NCBI GenBank assembly: GCA_965200315.1
Contig: OZ241362.1
Location: 928,001-992,000 of the forward strand
DNA from: Candidatus Latescibacterota bacterium
GTDB lineage: Bacteria; Latescibacterota; UBA2968; UBA8231
Direction: 5' to 3'
Length of the DNA stretch: 64,000 bases
Part shown: one piece after another, positions 28,595 through 38,562 of the stretch
Layout: each line of letters opens with the position of its first letter
Numbering within the stretch: the first letter of the stretch is position 1
Program-made: the position numbers and the translations under genes
The notes under the pieces: model-generated
Seen by the model: the letters and a program-made list of their open reading frames with translations, nothing else
Database searches by the model: none
What the model was told of the DNA's origin: nothing

Positions 28595-29853
28595 GCCGCA
28601 GCCTGCGGCAATACCGAATCTCCATAGGGCAGCACCCAGATCCGGGCCTCGGAGCCGACCACTTGGTGCGCGGCTGTCAGAGCTTGGCCAAGGTCGTCAA
28701 AGGGCACTAAGCCGACCCGACCTAGAGCCTCAGCCGGCAGCGACGAGACCAAATGCACGCGGGCCTTTTTCAGCACCGCGGCAATGGCGGCAGCCTTGTG
28801 CCCTCCTAGGACGAATTCTCGCTCTATGCGTGCGAGAATCGCGTCACCCGAATCCGCCTCCTGCAACCAAGAGGCAAAGGTAGCGCTGCCCAGCCCCTCT
28901 CGGCATTCGGCCACCCAGACGATAACGCCTCCTTCGCGCACCGCATGCACGGCGTTGTCGAGGGCTTTTTGCGCTTGGTACATATTGACGTCCAGCGGAT
29001 AGCCGCCCGCGCTGACGAGGACAATGTCAGCGCATCGCTCAATAGGCACGGCCCCGCGCTCAGCTACCCGTGCGCATCCTTTGCGGTGCGCTTCTCGCAC
29101 GTGTCCGGCAAAGGCGGAGACAATGCGATGGCGGTCGTCGACGATCGCATTGAGGATGAAGTCAATCCCCAACATGGCCGCCCCTTCTTCTAAATCTTCC
29201 CGCACCGGATTGCCTTCAAGCCGCCCGGTCTCCGCGCCGGGCCGAGCCATCAAGCCGTGGTTGGCCGCTATAGTGCTGGGAGAAGCACAGCCGGGCAAGA
29301 CCGCCTTGGCCCCGCCCGAAAAACCGGCGAAGTAGTGGAACTCCAAGTTGCCCAAACAAATCCGCACATCGGCCTCGACCAAGGGACGGAAGAGCTCCAC
29401 GGGCGTACCGCGAGCGGTGACGCCCAGCCGCACCACATCCTGTGGATCGTGGTTCACCACCCGCACCCGATCATAGACCGCCGGCCCCACCAGGGCGGCC
29501 AGCTCGGCTGCGGTCTGCGCTCGATGCAGCCCCAAGGCCACGACCACAGTCACGTCGGCGTCCGGTACGCCGGCTGCGGCAAGTTCCTCCAGCACCGGCG
29601 GCAACAGGCGATCCGTGGGGCAGGGCCGGGTCATATCGCTGACGACAATCGCGACCTGCTGGCCGGGCCGCACCAAGGCGCGCAATGCCGGCGTACCCAC
29701 GGGCTGGGCCAGCGCATCTCGCACCAACGCATGCTCTGCGCCGTTGCCCCCTTGTTCTGCTTTCGGCAGGACGACGCCTAGGAGACACTCACTGGGCACG
29801 TCAACTTGCAACTGAGAGTCGCCAAAGGGCAGCTCGATTTGCGTCGCAGCCAT
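28591..29853 (-). CDS. larA: Nickel-pincer-dependent lactate racemase family (LarA homologue)
   Basis: SDMTRPCP, ALGLHR, HYFAGFSGGAKAVLPG, GGYPLDVNMYQAQK, GGHK. Confidence 0.9.
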   Translation of the reverse strand: MAATQIELPFGDSQLQVDVPSECLLGVVLPKAEQGGNGAEHALVRDALAQPVGTPALRALVRPGQQVAIVVSDMTRPCPTDRLLPPVLEELAAAGVPDADVTVVVALGLHRAQTAAELAALVGPAVYDRVRVVNHDPQDVVRLGVTARGTPVELFRPLVEADVRICLGNLEFHYFAGFSGGAKAVLPGCASPSTIAANHGLMARPGAETGRLEGNPVREDLEEGAAMLGIDFILNAIVDDRHRIVSAFAGHVREAHRKGCARVAERGAVPIERCADIVLVSAGGYPLDVNMYQAQKALDNAVHAVREGGVIVWVAECREGLGSATFASWLQEADSGDAILARIEREFVLGGHKAAAIAAVLKKARVHLVSSLPAEALGRVGLVPFDDLGQALTAAHQVVGSEARIWVLPYGDSVLPQAAA

Positions 29854-29862
29854 GAATCCTCC

Positions 29863-30087
29863 TCAATTGTCGAGAGCACAGGCACCGGCACCGCGCGGAT
29901 CGCCACAGGTGCCGCACGGCCCTATTGGCTCGCGCTCGCTGGCAGCGCGGCCAGCGACGGCAAAACTCGACAGCTTCTTCGCCAACTCCGCACTCTCACA
30001 AGACGGGCAAACGGCTGTCGCCGCCCCTTGTATGAGCGCGTCGAACTCCGCGCCGCACTCCTTGCAGGCGTATTCAAAAATCGGCAT
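29863..30087 (-). CDS. FmdB-family zinc-ribbon protein
   Basis: MPIFEYACKECG...CPSCES...KKLSSF. Confidence 0.88.
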   Translation of the reverse strand: MPIFEYACKECGAEFDALIQGAATAVCPSCESAELAKKLSSFAVAGRAASEREPIGPCGTCGDPRGAGACALDN

Positions 30088-30090
30088 GGC

Positions 30091-30615
30091 TCAAGCTCCG
30101 TGCAGGGCCGGCTGATACAGGCCCACGCTGTAGAATTCATAAGAAGCCGCTTTGTCTGGGAAATCAACTACGTGCACCGTGAAGCGGGCCGGGACCCCGA
30201 CGTCGGGCATACAGTCGCGGAAAAAGTGGCTATAGGCTTGGGCGTATTCTTGATACATGCGTTGTTGTTCCTCGTGAAAGCGCTGCGGATCGGTCAGCGG
30301 ATTGACGTCCTTGGGCTGGGCACCAAAGGCGTGGACCTCGATGAAATCTATCTGGTCAATCGAATCGCAAATCTCGGCTTCTTGCAGCCACTTTTCCCAA
30401 CAGCGGAAGACCAACTCGACCTCGACAGAAGGCGTCATCCTCACCAGCTCGTCGCGGCCGAGGATCCCATGCGCCGAATGCCCGCCGGTCAAGCCGGCGA
30501 AGTAGATCTTCAAATCGCCGTTGTCCAGCGCTTCGGTCACCAAGGCCGATAAAGTGGGGTGATCCCCTCCGTAGTAATAGGTCAATCGGCCGCGTTGCTT
30601 GACGTTAAATGCCAT
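30091..30615 (-). CDS. Hypothetical protein, divergent Rid (YjgF/YER057c/UK114)-like
   Basis: IYFAGLTG and YSHFF...PARFTVHVVDFP...YEFYSVG resemble Rid motifs; start at MAFNVKQ. Confidence 0.6.
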   Translation of the reverse strand: MAFNVKQRGRLTYYYGGDHPTLSALVTEALDNGDLKIYFAGLTGGHSAHGILGRDELVRMTPSVEVELVFRCWEKWLQEAEICDSIDQIDFIEVHAFGAQPKDVNPLTDPQRFHEEQQRMYQEYAQAYSHFFRDCMPDVGVPARFTVHVVDFPDKAASYEFYSVGLYQPALHGA

Positions 30616-30635
30616 CGTACCCCTTTCGCTTAGAA

Positions 30636-33491
30636 TTAAAGTGCTTCGACGAAAATTTCGGCCCAATGCCGCGCCCGCCGCCCAGTGAAATCGGCAATCT
30701 GGTGGCGACACGAGGTGCCTACGGCCGCGATTTCCACGTCTTCTGCTGCCTCCGCTAGCACGGCAAAGAGCCGCTCCTGCCCCACGGCGCGCGATATTTC
30801 AAAGTGCTCCTTCTCGTAGCCAAAGCTACCAGCCATGCCACAGCAGCCCGATGGAATTTCTTCGGCACTAAAGCGGGGCGGCATGTTGAGCACGGCCAAT
30901 GTCGCGGCTGTACCCGTCAGGGCTTTTTGATGGCAGTGGCCATGCACCAAAATACGGCGGGCGGTCTGGGTGAACTCCAGATCGAGCGGCGACTCGCGGA
31001 CGAGAAAATCCTCGAGCAAGACGACCTGTTCGGCCACGCGCCGGCTTTGCGGATCGTCGACCAAATCTAGGTAATCGTCGCTGAGAGCCGACGCGCAGCT
31101 CGGCTCCAACCCGATGATCGGCACCCCTTCCTCGGCCCACGGCGTGAGTATCTCCACATTGCGCTGCGCCAAGGTGCGGGCGCGGTCGAGAAAGCCCTTG
31201 GATATGAACGGCCGGCCGCAACAGCCCTTGTTTGCGGCCAAGACGACCTCGTACCCGGCGCGTTCCAAGATGATCGTCGCCGCCATGCCAATGGCCGGCT
31301 CGTTGTACTCGACGAAGGTGTCGTTGAACAGCACGACGCGACCCTTGTCGCCGCGAATCGGCCGGCGGCCGGTGAACCAACGCGAAAACGGCTGGCGGGC
31401 AAACGCCGGCAGTCGCCGCCGCCGGTCAATGCCCAAAAACACATCCAACAGCCAGCGATTGAACCCGCTGCGGCCGAGCCAATTCGACAGCGGTGCCAAC
31501 GCCGATCCCAAGCGGCTGATGCGAGCTATGTCGGCAAAGAGCCGCGAGCGCAGCGGATAGCCGTGCTGGCGATGGTAGTGGGCGAGAAATTCGTACTTGA
31601 GCTTAGCCATATCCACACTCGACGGGCACTCGGCCTTGCAGGCTTTGCACTCCAAGCAGAGGTCCATCACGCGGTGGACCTCTTGGCTGTGCAGGCCGTC
31701 GGGCAATGTGCCGGCCAGCGCGGCGCGCAAGGCATTGGCGCGGCCGCGGGTGGTGTGTTCCTCGTCCAAGGTCGCCATGTACGAAGGGCACATCGTGCCC
31801 ACCAGCTTCTTGCGGCAGTGGCCCACCCCGGAGCACATTTCAACGGCTTCCTGAAAGCCGCCCGCCTCACTAAAGCTGAAAAACGTCTCCACCTTGGGCG
31901 TCTGATAATCCTCGTGGTAGCGCAAATTCTCGTCCATCCGCGGGGGGCGGGTGATCTTGCCGGGGTTCATAATCCCCTGTGGATCAAAGGCATCCTTAAC
32001 CTCGACAAAAGCCGCGACCAACTCCGGGCTAAACATCTTGGCGATCCACTCGCTGCGCGCCAAACCATCGCCGTGCTCGCCCGACATGGCTCCGCCGTAT
32101 TCGAGCACCATGTCGCTCATCCGCTCCTCCATCTGGCGCAAAAGCTTTATGCCCTCGGGCTCCTTGAGGCTGAAGATCGGCCGAATGTGCAACAGGCCGA
32201 CGCTTGCATGACCATAGTATTCGGCCTCAATCCCCAATTCTTCCATCAGCGCAACCACTCGGCGGACGTAGGCGGGCAACTTGGCTACTGGGACGCTGGT
32301 ATCCTCTACCCCAGGATGGGGCTTGGGATCGCCCTTCATGCCCATCAAAAGCCCCAACCCGGCCTTGCGTAGATCCCAAATGGCCTTCTGATCCCCGGCA
32401 GCCACGGCCCGCGTAAATGCGTAGCCCATCCCACGCTCCCGCAATCGCTCTTCCAATTCGTCCATCTTGCGGCCCAGCTCGTCTTTGGAGTCCGCATAGT
32501 ACTCGACTATGAGCAGAGCTGCTGGATCGCCTGTGAGGAAGCGGCGGCTCGGGGCGTGCTCGACCGATCCTTTAGTCTGGTCGAGCAAAATTTTGTCGAT
32601 CAGTTCGCTGGCGACAGGCGAGGTCTCCAACGCGGTCAGATTGGCCTCCATGGCCTCGACCAAGTCGTGGAAGTGGACGGCCACTAAGCTCTTGTGCGTG
32701 GGTAGCTCTACCAAATTCAACCGCGCTTCAACTACCGAGCAGAGCGTGCCCTCCGAGCCGACGACCAGCTTGCTCAGATCAAAGGGGGCACCGTCGATGA
32801 ACTCGTCGAGATTGTAGCCCGAGACGCGGCGCATCACTTGGGGAAAGCCTGTGCGGATCTGGGCTTCGCGCTCGCGGACGATGCGGCGAATTTCGCGGTA
32901 AATGCGACCTTCGAAGCTGTCCAAGCCCGCGCGGCGTTCACACTCTTCGTCGGCCAGCGGCCCGAATACCGCTTGTGAGCCGTTGGCCAGCACCACCTTT
33001 AGCTCCAGAACGTGGTCGATGGTCTTGCCGTATATCATGGAGTGCGCACCGCAGGAATTGTTGCCGATCATGCCGCCGATATTGGCCCTACTACTCGTGG
33101 AAACATCGGGCGCAAAAATCAGACCGTAGGGCTGCAAGTAGGCATTGAGTTCGTCAAGCACCAAGCCCGGCTGGACCCGGACCCAGCGCTCGTCCGGGCT
33201 GAACTCCACGATCCGGTTCATGTATTTGGAAAAATCGAGATGAACCGCAGCCCCCACCGACTGGCCGGCCAAACTCGTACCGCCGCCCCGGGGCAAGACC
33301 GCTGCCCCCTGCTCAGCGGCAATTTTTACCGCAGCGACCACATCGGCCTCGTCTTTGGGCACGACCAGCCCCAAGGGCTCCATCTCGTAGATGCTGGCGT
33401 CGGTGCGGTAGAGCATGCGCGAAACAGCGTCAAAGCGCACCTCGCCTTGGATGGCCTGCTGCAAGGCCATCTCCAACGTATCTATATCCAT
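30636..33491 (-). CDS. FAD-linked oxidase / 4Fe-4S / CCG-domain oxidoreductase (GlcD-GlcF-like fusion)
   Basis: RGGGTSLAGQ, SGEHGDG, CSGVGHC, CLECKACKAECP, CCG and CCGMAGSFG motifs; start at MDIDTLE. Confidence 0.92.
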   Translation of the reverse strand: MDIDTLEMALQQAIQGEVRFDAVSRMLYRTDASIYEMEPLGLVVPKDEADVVAAVKIAAEQGAAVLPRGGGTSLAGQSVGAAVHLDFSKYMNRIVEFSPDERWVRVQPGLVLDELNAYLQPYGLIFAPDVSTSSRANIGGMIGNNSCGAHSMIYGKTIDHVLELKVVLANGSQAVFGPLADEECERRAGLDSFEGRIYREIRRIVREREAQIRTGFPQVMRRVSGYNLDEFIDGAPFDLSKLVVGSEGTLCSVVEARLNLVELPTHKSLVAVHFHDLVEAMEANLTALETSPVASELIDKILLDQTKGSVEHAPSRRFLTGDPAALLIVEYYADSKDELGRKMDELEERLRERGMGYAFTRAVAAGDQKAIWDLRKAGLGLLMGMKGDPKPHPGVEDTSVPVAKLPAYVRRVVALMEELGIEAEYYGHASVGLLHIRPIFSLKEPEGIKLLRQMEERMSDMVLEYGGAMSGEHGDGLARSEWIAKMFSPELVAAFVEVKDAFDPQGIMNPGKITRPPRMDENLRYHEDYQTPKVETFFSFSEAGGFQEAVEMCSGVGHCRKKLVGTMCPSYMATLDEEHTTRGRANALRAALAGTLPDGLHSQEVHRVMDLCLECKACKAECPSSVDMAKLKYEFLAHYHRQHGYPLRSRLFADIARISRLGSALAPLSNWLGRSGFNRWLLDVFLGIDRRRRLPAFARQPFSRWFTGRRPIRGDKGRVVLFNDTFVEYNEPAIGMAATIILERAGYEVVLAANKGCCGRPFISKGFLDRARTLAQRNVEILTPWAEEGVPIIGLEPSCASALSDDYLDLVDDPQSRRVAEQVVLLEDFLVRESPLDLEFTQTARRILVHGHCHQKALTGTAATLAVLNMPPRFSAEEIPSGCCGMAGSFGYEKEHFEISRAVGQERLFAVLAEAAEDVEIAAVGTSCRHQIADFTGRRARHWAEIFVEAL

Positions 33492-33774
33492 ATTTAAGAC
33501 ATTGATCGATTGCGCGCCTCTCCGCCCCGAAGAGGGCCGGCGCACACACTTTGGTCACTTGGTAGGGACATTTTAATACTAAGAACGCCCTCTATAGGCC
33601 GTCAAATTCTCGCGCTAGCCGCCTTTTTATTTTTTTCGTAAAAATATCCAATATGTAGTTGACAAACATTTTTGACCCCAATAAATTGATTGATTGCCAC
33701 GTGGTTAGCGCGCAAAAGAGGGGGCTTCCGGGACAAGGGGAGATCGCGGAAGTCCCCAATCTCCCAGGATGCTC

Positions 33775-34104
33775 ATGGCACAAACACAACCCGTCGCTGT
33801 CCGCATCTACGATCAGACCTATCATCTCGTCAACAGCGAGGGGCAAGACCCCGAGTACATCCGGCTTGCTGCGGCCTATCTCGACGAAAAAATGCAGCAG
33901 ATCGCCGCTACGAGCGGCCCCCGGGGGCCGCTCGATATCGCCATTTTAGCTGCGCTCAATATCGCCGAAGAAGTGCTCCACGCTCGTCAGCACAAGGACG
34001 CACTGATCGACAGAGCCGATGCCCGCATCGACTCCTTTACCCGGTTGTTGTCCGACGACGCCCCCGCTACAGACAATCCCTCCACCGACGCCAAGCGGTT
34101 CTAA
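33775..34104 (+). CDS. zapA: Cell division protein ZapA
   Basis: VRIYDQTYHL, LAAAYLDEKM, IAILAALNIAEE. Confidence 0.88.
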   Translation: MAQTQPVAVRIYDQTYHLVNSEGQDPEYIRLAAAYLDEKMQQIAATSGPRGPLDIAILAALNIAEEVLHARQHKDALIDRADARIDSFTRLLSDDAPATDNPSTDAKRF

Positions 34105-34114
34105 TTCTTTTCTA

Positions 34115-35854
34115 TTATATATAGTACTCGATTTCCCCATCCCGGGACTCTTGGGAGTGAGGCACATTGAGCGGACATCGCGCCTTGTAATCGGGATGGA
34201 GCCGTGCCCATAGGTAATCGAGCGCGTGTTGATTCCAGCGAAAAAAGTGATCGCGGCCAATCTGCTCCATCAGCCCCGACCGCTCCAGCGCGTCGGTAAG
34301 CTGCCGTTTAGCTCGCGTAAAGTACAGGTCTAGCCCAACTTCGCGCAGGCGTTCAACTACGTTGCGCAACGCTTGTTCGCCAGAAGCATCGATCCGGTTG
34401 ATCCCGTCTGCATCGAGAATCAAGTACCTTAGTTCAGGTGCTGAGGCGATCGTTTCGAGCACCTTGTCCTCAAAATAACGACTAGACCCAAAGTACAATT
34501 GGCCGTCAAAGCGCATAATCGCGATCTGCTGATCCGGCCTCAGCCCGGCGTCGCTTTCGCGCATCGTGCCATCGAGGTGCCGGGCGAGAAAAACCACGCG
34601 GGGCCGCATGGTGCGGTAGAAGTTGAGCACCAGCGAAGCCCCCACGCCGAGGGCAACCCCCAAGTGCAGGTCCGGTGCCAAAACCAGCGTGCCGACAAAA
34701 GTCGCGGCCCCAATCAGCCCGTCGTGGACATTAATGCGCCAAGCGGTCCCTAGGGGCTGAATGCGTACCAAGCCGACGACAGCGGCGATAATAACAACGG
34801 CGAGAGTAGCTTGCGGCAGATAATACAACAGCGGCGTGAGCCAGAGCAGGACCGCAGCGATGACCAGCGACGCTACGACCGAGGAAAAACCCGTCCGAGC
34901 CCCGCTTTGGTAGTTGACGGCCGACCGCGAGAACGAGCCCGAAGTCGCATAGCTCTGGAAAAACCCGCCGACCACGTTGGCCATGCCTTGGCCGATGAGC
35001 TCCCGATTGATATCGAGATGCTGCCGCGTCCGCGCAGCGAGGGTCTTGGCTATGGCCATGGCTTCCATCAGGCCGAGCATGGTCAAAGTCAAGGCACCCG
35101 CGAAGAGTTGGGACAGGATATCCACGTCTAAGTCCGGCACTGACAGCCGCGGCAAACCGCGCGGAACCGCGCCTACCACCTCCCCGCTAAATCCAGCCAG
35201 CCAAGAAACGAGTGTGGTGATCACCAGCGTCGTCAACATGCTCGGCAGCTTCCAGCGACCACGGCGCAAAACTAGCAACAGCCCCCCGGCCAACGCCGCC
35301 ATTCCCAGCGTCGGCCAATGGACCTCTAACAGCGCCACGTCAATGACGCGAAGAGCCGCCAGCAGATGTCCTCCCTGCTGAGGCTCCACACCGAATACCT
35401 TGTGCAATTGGGAAATGGCGATGATAAAAGCGGCGGCATTGGTAAAGCCGACGACCACCGGGCCGGACAGCAGGTCGATCAGCAAGCCCAACCGCAACGC
35501 GCCCAAGGCGATCCGTATCAGACCGACGAACAAGCCCAAAACCAGCGAATAGGCGATATACAGCTCGCCGCCCTCGGGAGCAAGCCCCTGCACGGTCGTC
35601 GCGCTGATGAGCGAAGCTATGGCCACCGGGCCGGTGGACAAGTGCCGGGAAGAGCCAAAAAGCGCGGCCACAGCCGGCGGCAGAAAGGCCGCGTACAACC
35701 CATACACTGGCGGCAACCCCGCCAACTCGGCGTAGGCCATGGCTTGAGGCACGAGGATCGTCGCCACGGTGAGGCCCGCGACCACATCGGCGCGCCAGAC
35801 GCCTCGCTGGCCGAGTTCGGGCAGCCAATGGATAAATGAAAAAAATCGCTTCAT
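34115..35854 (-). CDS. SulP/SLC26 anion transporter with STAS domain
   Basis: PQAMAYAELAGLPPVYGLYA, GSSRHLSTGP, GSFSRSAVN, C-terminal STAS (DASG). Confidence 0.95.
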   Translation of the reverse strand: MKRFFSFIHWLPELGQRGVWRADVVAGLTVATILVPQAMAYAELAGLPPVYGLYAAFLPPAVAALFGSSRHLSTGPVAIASLISATTVQGLAPEGGELYIAYSLVLGLFVGLIRIALGALRLGLLIDLLSGPVVVGFTNAAAFIIAISQLHKVFGVEPQQGGHLLAALRVIDVALLEVHWPTLGMAALAGGLLLVLRRGRWKLPSMLTTLVITTLVSWLAGFSGEVVGAVPRGLPRLSVPDLDVDILSQLFAGALTLTMLGLMEAMAIAKTLAARTRQHLDINRELIGQGMANVVGGFFQSYATSGSFSRSAVNYQSGARTGFSSVVASLVIAAVLLWLTPLLYYLPQATLAVVIIAAVVGLVRIQPLGTAWRINVHDGLIGAATFVGTLVLAPDLHLGVALGVGASLVLNFYRTMRPRVVFLARHLDGTMRESDAGLRPDQQIAIMRFDGQLYFGSSRYFEDKVLETIASAPELRYLILDADGINRIDASGEQALRNVVERLREVGLDLYFTRAKRQLTDALERSGLMEQIGRDHFFRWNQHALDYLWARLHPDYKARCPLNVPHSQESRDGEIEYYI

Positions 35855-35936
35855 GCGTTCGCTAGGGATCGGTTGACACCTAGTCGGCGGCCAGTGTACA
35901 CTTAGCGGGTCATCACCTCAACAGCGGGAGTGCTAC

Positions 35937-36737
35937 ATGGAACCCCACGAGCAGCGAGCTTTTTTTCAGCAGCAGGGCTACTTAATCGTCGCCGACCTGC
36001 TCAACAGCCGCGAAGTCGCCGAATGCCAGCGCGAGATCCAGCACCTGCACCAACTAGCCGCCGACCTAGAAGCCAACCAAGACCCGCTCAGCAGCCACTT
36101 TCAGCGCGAGCCTTTTTCTAAAGACCAAAACCGCAACGGCCTGCCAGTGCTGCGCAAAATCGAGAACACCCGGGCCCTGTCGCCGTGTTTTGCCCAACTC
36201 GCGGCCCATCCCTACCTCGTCGCCATCGTGCAATCGCTCCTCGGGGACGATCTGCTTCTCTTCCGCAGCACCCTCATGCTCAAACCCGCTTTTCACGGCT
36301 CAGCCCACGCCCTGCACCAAGACTCAGCCTATTGGCCAATGGAGCCGCCCGCTCTCATAACTGTGAGCATCGCCCTCGACGACGCCACCCCAGACAACGG
36401 CTGCCTCAAGGTCATTCCCGGCAGCCACCATTGGGGCTTGAAGGAATGGGGGCACATCGCCCAACAGCAAGGGGCACCGCTGACTAACCGCGAAGATTTC
36501 GATAGCTCGCGCCAAATCGACGTGCCGCTCGCGGCCGGTTCCGCCGTGCTATTCCACAGCTTGATGGTCCACGGTTCCGGTCCCAACCAGACCGACCGCT
36601 CGCGCAACACCGCACTCTATGCTTATTTCTCGCCGCACGTGCGCTACGTGCCCGGTGCCAATGGCCCTCAGTCGAAGACCTTCCCGGTCATCGCCGGCCT
36701 CAATGGCGCAGCCGAACACTTGCTAGTCGCGTCCTGA
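35937..36737 (+). CDS. Phytanoyl-CoA dioxygenase (PhyH) family Fe/2OG oxygenase
   Basis: HQDSAYW, NGCLKVIPGSH, HGSGPN..R. Confidence 0.92.
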   Translation: MEPHEQRAFFQQQGYLIVADLLNSREVAECQREIQHLHQLAADLEANQDPLSSHFQREPFSKDQNRNGLPVLRKIENTRALSPCFAQLAAHPYLVAIVQSLLGDDLLLFRSTLMLKPAFHGSAHALHQDSAYWPMEPPALITVSIALDDATPDNGCLKVIPGSHHWGLKEWGHIAQQQGAPLTNREDFDSSRQIDVPLAAGSAVLFHSLMVHGSGPNQTDRSRNTALYAYFSPHVRYVPGANGPQSKTFPVIAGLNGAAEHLLVAS

Positions 36738-36808
36738 GCAACCGCCCTAAAGAAAAAAATTATACCCCTAAGTGCCAACGAGGGGGATAGCGTCAACCGC
36801 GCGCAAAC

Positions 36809-36847
36809 AAAAAAGGCCGACGCCCGCAATGCGGACACCGGCCTTTT
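36809..36847. terminator. Bidirectional intrinsic terminator between convergent phyH and infC
   Basis: AAAAGGCCG...CGGCCTTTT stem with A/T tracts on both sides. Confidence 0.7.
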
Positions 36848-36865
36848 GCGATGTTCGGATCAACC

Positions 36866-37387
36866 TCAGTGGGGCCTGAGAATGAGCGACATTTCGCGGC
36901 CTTCCATCTTGGGGGTCTGGTCAACGACAGCTACATCCTTGAGCTTGGCAGCCAGATCTTGCAGTAGCTCGTATCCTCGATCCTGATAGGCCATCTGCCG
37001 TCCTTTGAAGCGGACGCTGACTTTGACCCGGTTCCCCTTTTCGATAAACGCGCGGATGTGACCCACCCGGTATTCAAGATCGTGTTGGGAGATATTGGGT
37101 TGGGCGATGCGAATGCCCTTCATCTGCACGTTGTGCTGCTTCTTACGCGCTTCCTTGGCCTTTTTTTCTTGGTCGTAGCGGAACTTGCCGTAGTCGATAA
37201 TCCGGCAGACCGGCGGGCGCGCTTCAGCGGCCACTTCTACTAGGTCGAGATTGGCTTCCTCCGCCATGGCCAAGGCACGGGCCGTTTCGATGATCCCCAC
37301 CTGCCCCCCATCAGACCCGATGAGCCGGATTTGGGGCACGCGAATATCATCGTTTACTCTCGTAAAACTCTTTTTCTTTGCTGCGAT
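36866..37387 (-). CDS. infC: Translation initiation factor IF-3 (ATC start)
   Basis: RVNDDIRVPQIRLI, PPVCRIIDYGKFRY; in-frame ATC 8 nt after GGAGG. Confidence 0.93.
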   Translation of the reverse strand: MAAKKKSFTRVNDDIRVPQIRLIGSDGGQVGIIETARALAMAEEANLDLVEVAAEARPPVCRIIDYGKFRYDQEKKAKEARKKQHNVQMKGIRIAQPNISQHDLEYRVGHIRAFIEKGNRVKVSVRFKGRQMAYQDRGYELLQDLAAKLKDVAVVDQTPKMEGREMSLILRPH

Positions 37388-37547
37388 TGCATCAACCTCC
37401 GTAAAGGGTGGAAAGTGCGGGCGTCTCCCGCAGGGTTTTTAATATATTCTCAGCGCGAATTAAAACAAGCAAAGATTTGCCCCCGCCCTTTTTGGCAGCC
37501 ATGAGCGAATAGGTTATTTTGCCTATTTTCCACCCGAAGGAAAGCCC

Positions 37548-38549
37548 ATGACCCGCACGTACGACGTCTATGGAGTAGGCCACGCCCTAGTGGACATCCA
37601 ATATCAAGTCGCCCCGGAATTCCTCGCCAAACACCAGATCGAAAAGGGGGTTATGACCCTCGTCGATGAGGAGCGGCAGCGCCACCTCACAGCCGCGGTC
37701 GGCGGCGAGCCAGTTGCCTCGGCTTCGGGCGGCTCGGCGGCCAATACCCTCATCGGCGTCGCTCGCTATGGCGGCCGCACCTATTACGCCTGCCTGACCG
37801 GCCGCGACGCTTGGGGCGACTTTTACCAGCGCGATCTCGAAGCAGCCGGCGTGGCCACGCATCCGGCCAACCGCGGCGGGGGCAAAACCGGTCAGTGCTT
37901 GGTTTTTATCACTCCAGACGCCGACCGCACCCTCAACACCTTCTTGGGCATCAGCAGCGCCATCGGCCCAGCCCAACTCCACGAGGAAGTCATCGCCGAC
38001 AGCCGGTACGTTTATATAGAGGGCTATCTCCTCGGCTCAGAAGACGGCTTTGCCGCTGCGCATCAAGCACAGCAAATGGCCCAACGCCACGGCGCGGCCG
38101 TTGCCCTAACACTGAGCGATCCCTTTGCCGTCCGGGACTTTTGGCCGCGCTTTGACGCGCTCTTGCAACACGGCGTAGATCTGCTCTTCTGCAATGAGGA
38201 GGAAGCCCTCGCCAGCACTGGGACCGACGACCACAAGGCAGCCGGTGCAGCCCTCGCTTCCCAAGTCGGCACGGCCTATGTAACGTGCGGTGCCGATGGT
38301 GCCCTAGTGTACGCCGACGGCACCCACCACCAAGTGCCGGGCGTCCCGGTGCAAGCCATCGACACCAACGGTGCCGGCGATCTCTTTGCCGGCGGCGTCC
38401 TCTACGGGCTGTCCCACGGGTACAGCCCCTTAGACGCAGCGCACTTAGGCTGCTATGCGGCCGCGCAAGTGGTAACCCGCTTCGGGCCGCGCCTAGAACA
38501 ATCGCTCGCCAATCACATTGATCACATCCTATCCCATTTCTCAACCTAG
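37548..38549 (+). CDS. PfkB-family carbohydrate/adenosine kinase
   Basis: GGSAANT, NEEEA, DTNGAGDLFAGG. Confidence 0.93.
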   Translation: MTRTYDVYGVGHALVDIQYQVAPEFLAKHQIEKGVMTLVDEERQRHLTAAVGGEPVASASGGSAANTLIGVARYGGRTYYACLTGRDAWGDFYQRDLEAAGVATHPANRGGGKTGQCLVFITPDADRTLNTFLGISSAIGPAQLHEEVIADSRYVYIEGYLLGSEDGFAAAHQAQQMAQRHGAAVALTLSDPFAVRDFWPRFDALLQHGVDLLFCNEEEALASTGTDDHKAAGAALASQVGTAYVTCGADGALVYADGTHHQVPGVPVQAIDTNGAGDLFAGGVLYGLSHGYSPLDAAHLGCYAAAQVVTRFGPRLEQSLANHIDHILSHFST

Positions 38550-38562
38550 TTTGGAGGTCCGC

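Noticed and set aside
33721-33758. Hairpin upstream of zapA as a riboswitch
   Set aside because: A single imperfect stem with no recognisable aptamer consensus.
34104-34115. 6S RNA expected downstream of zapA
   Set aside because: Only about 10 nt separate zapA from the convergent SulP stop, leaving no room.
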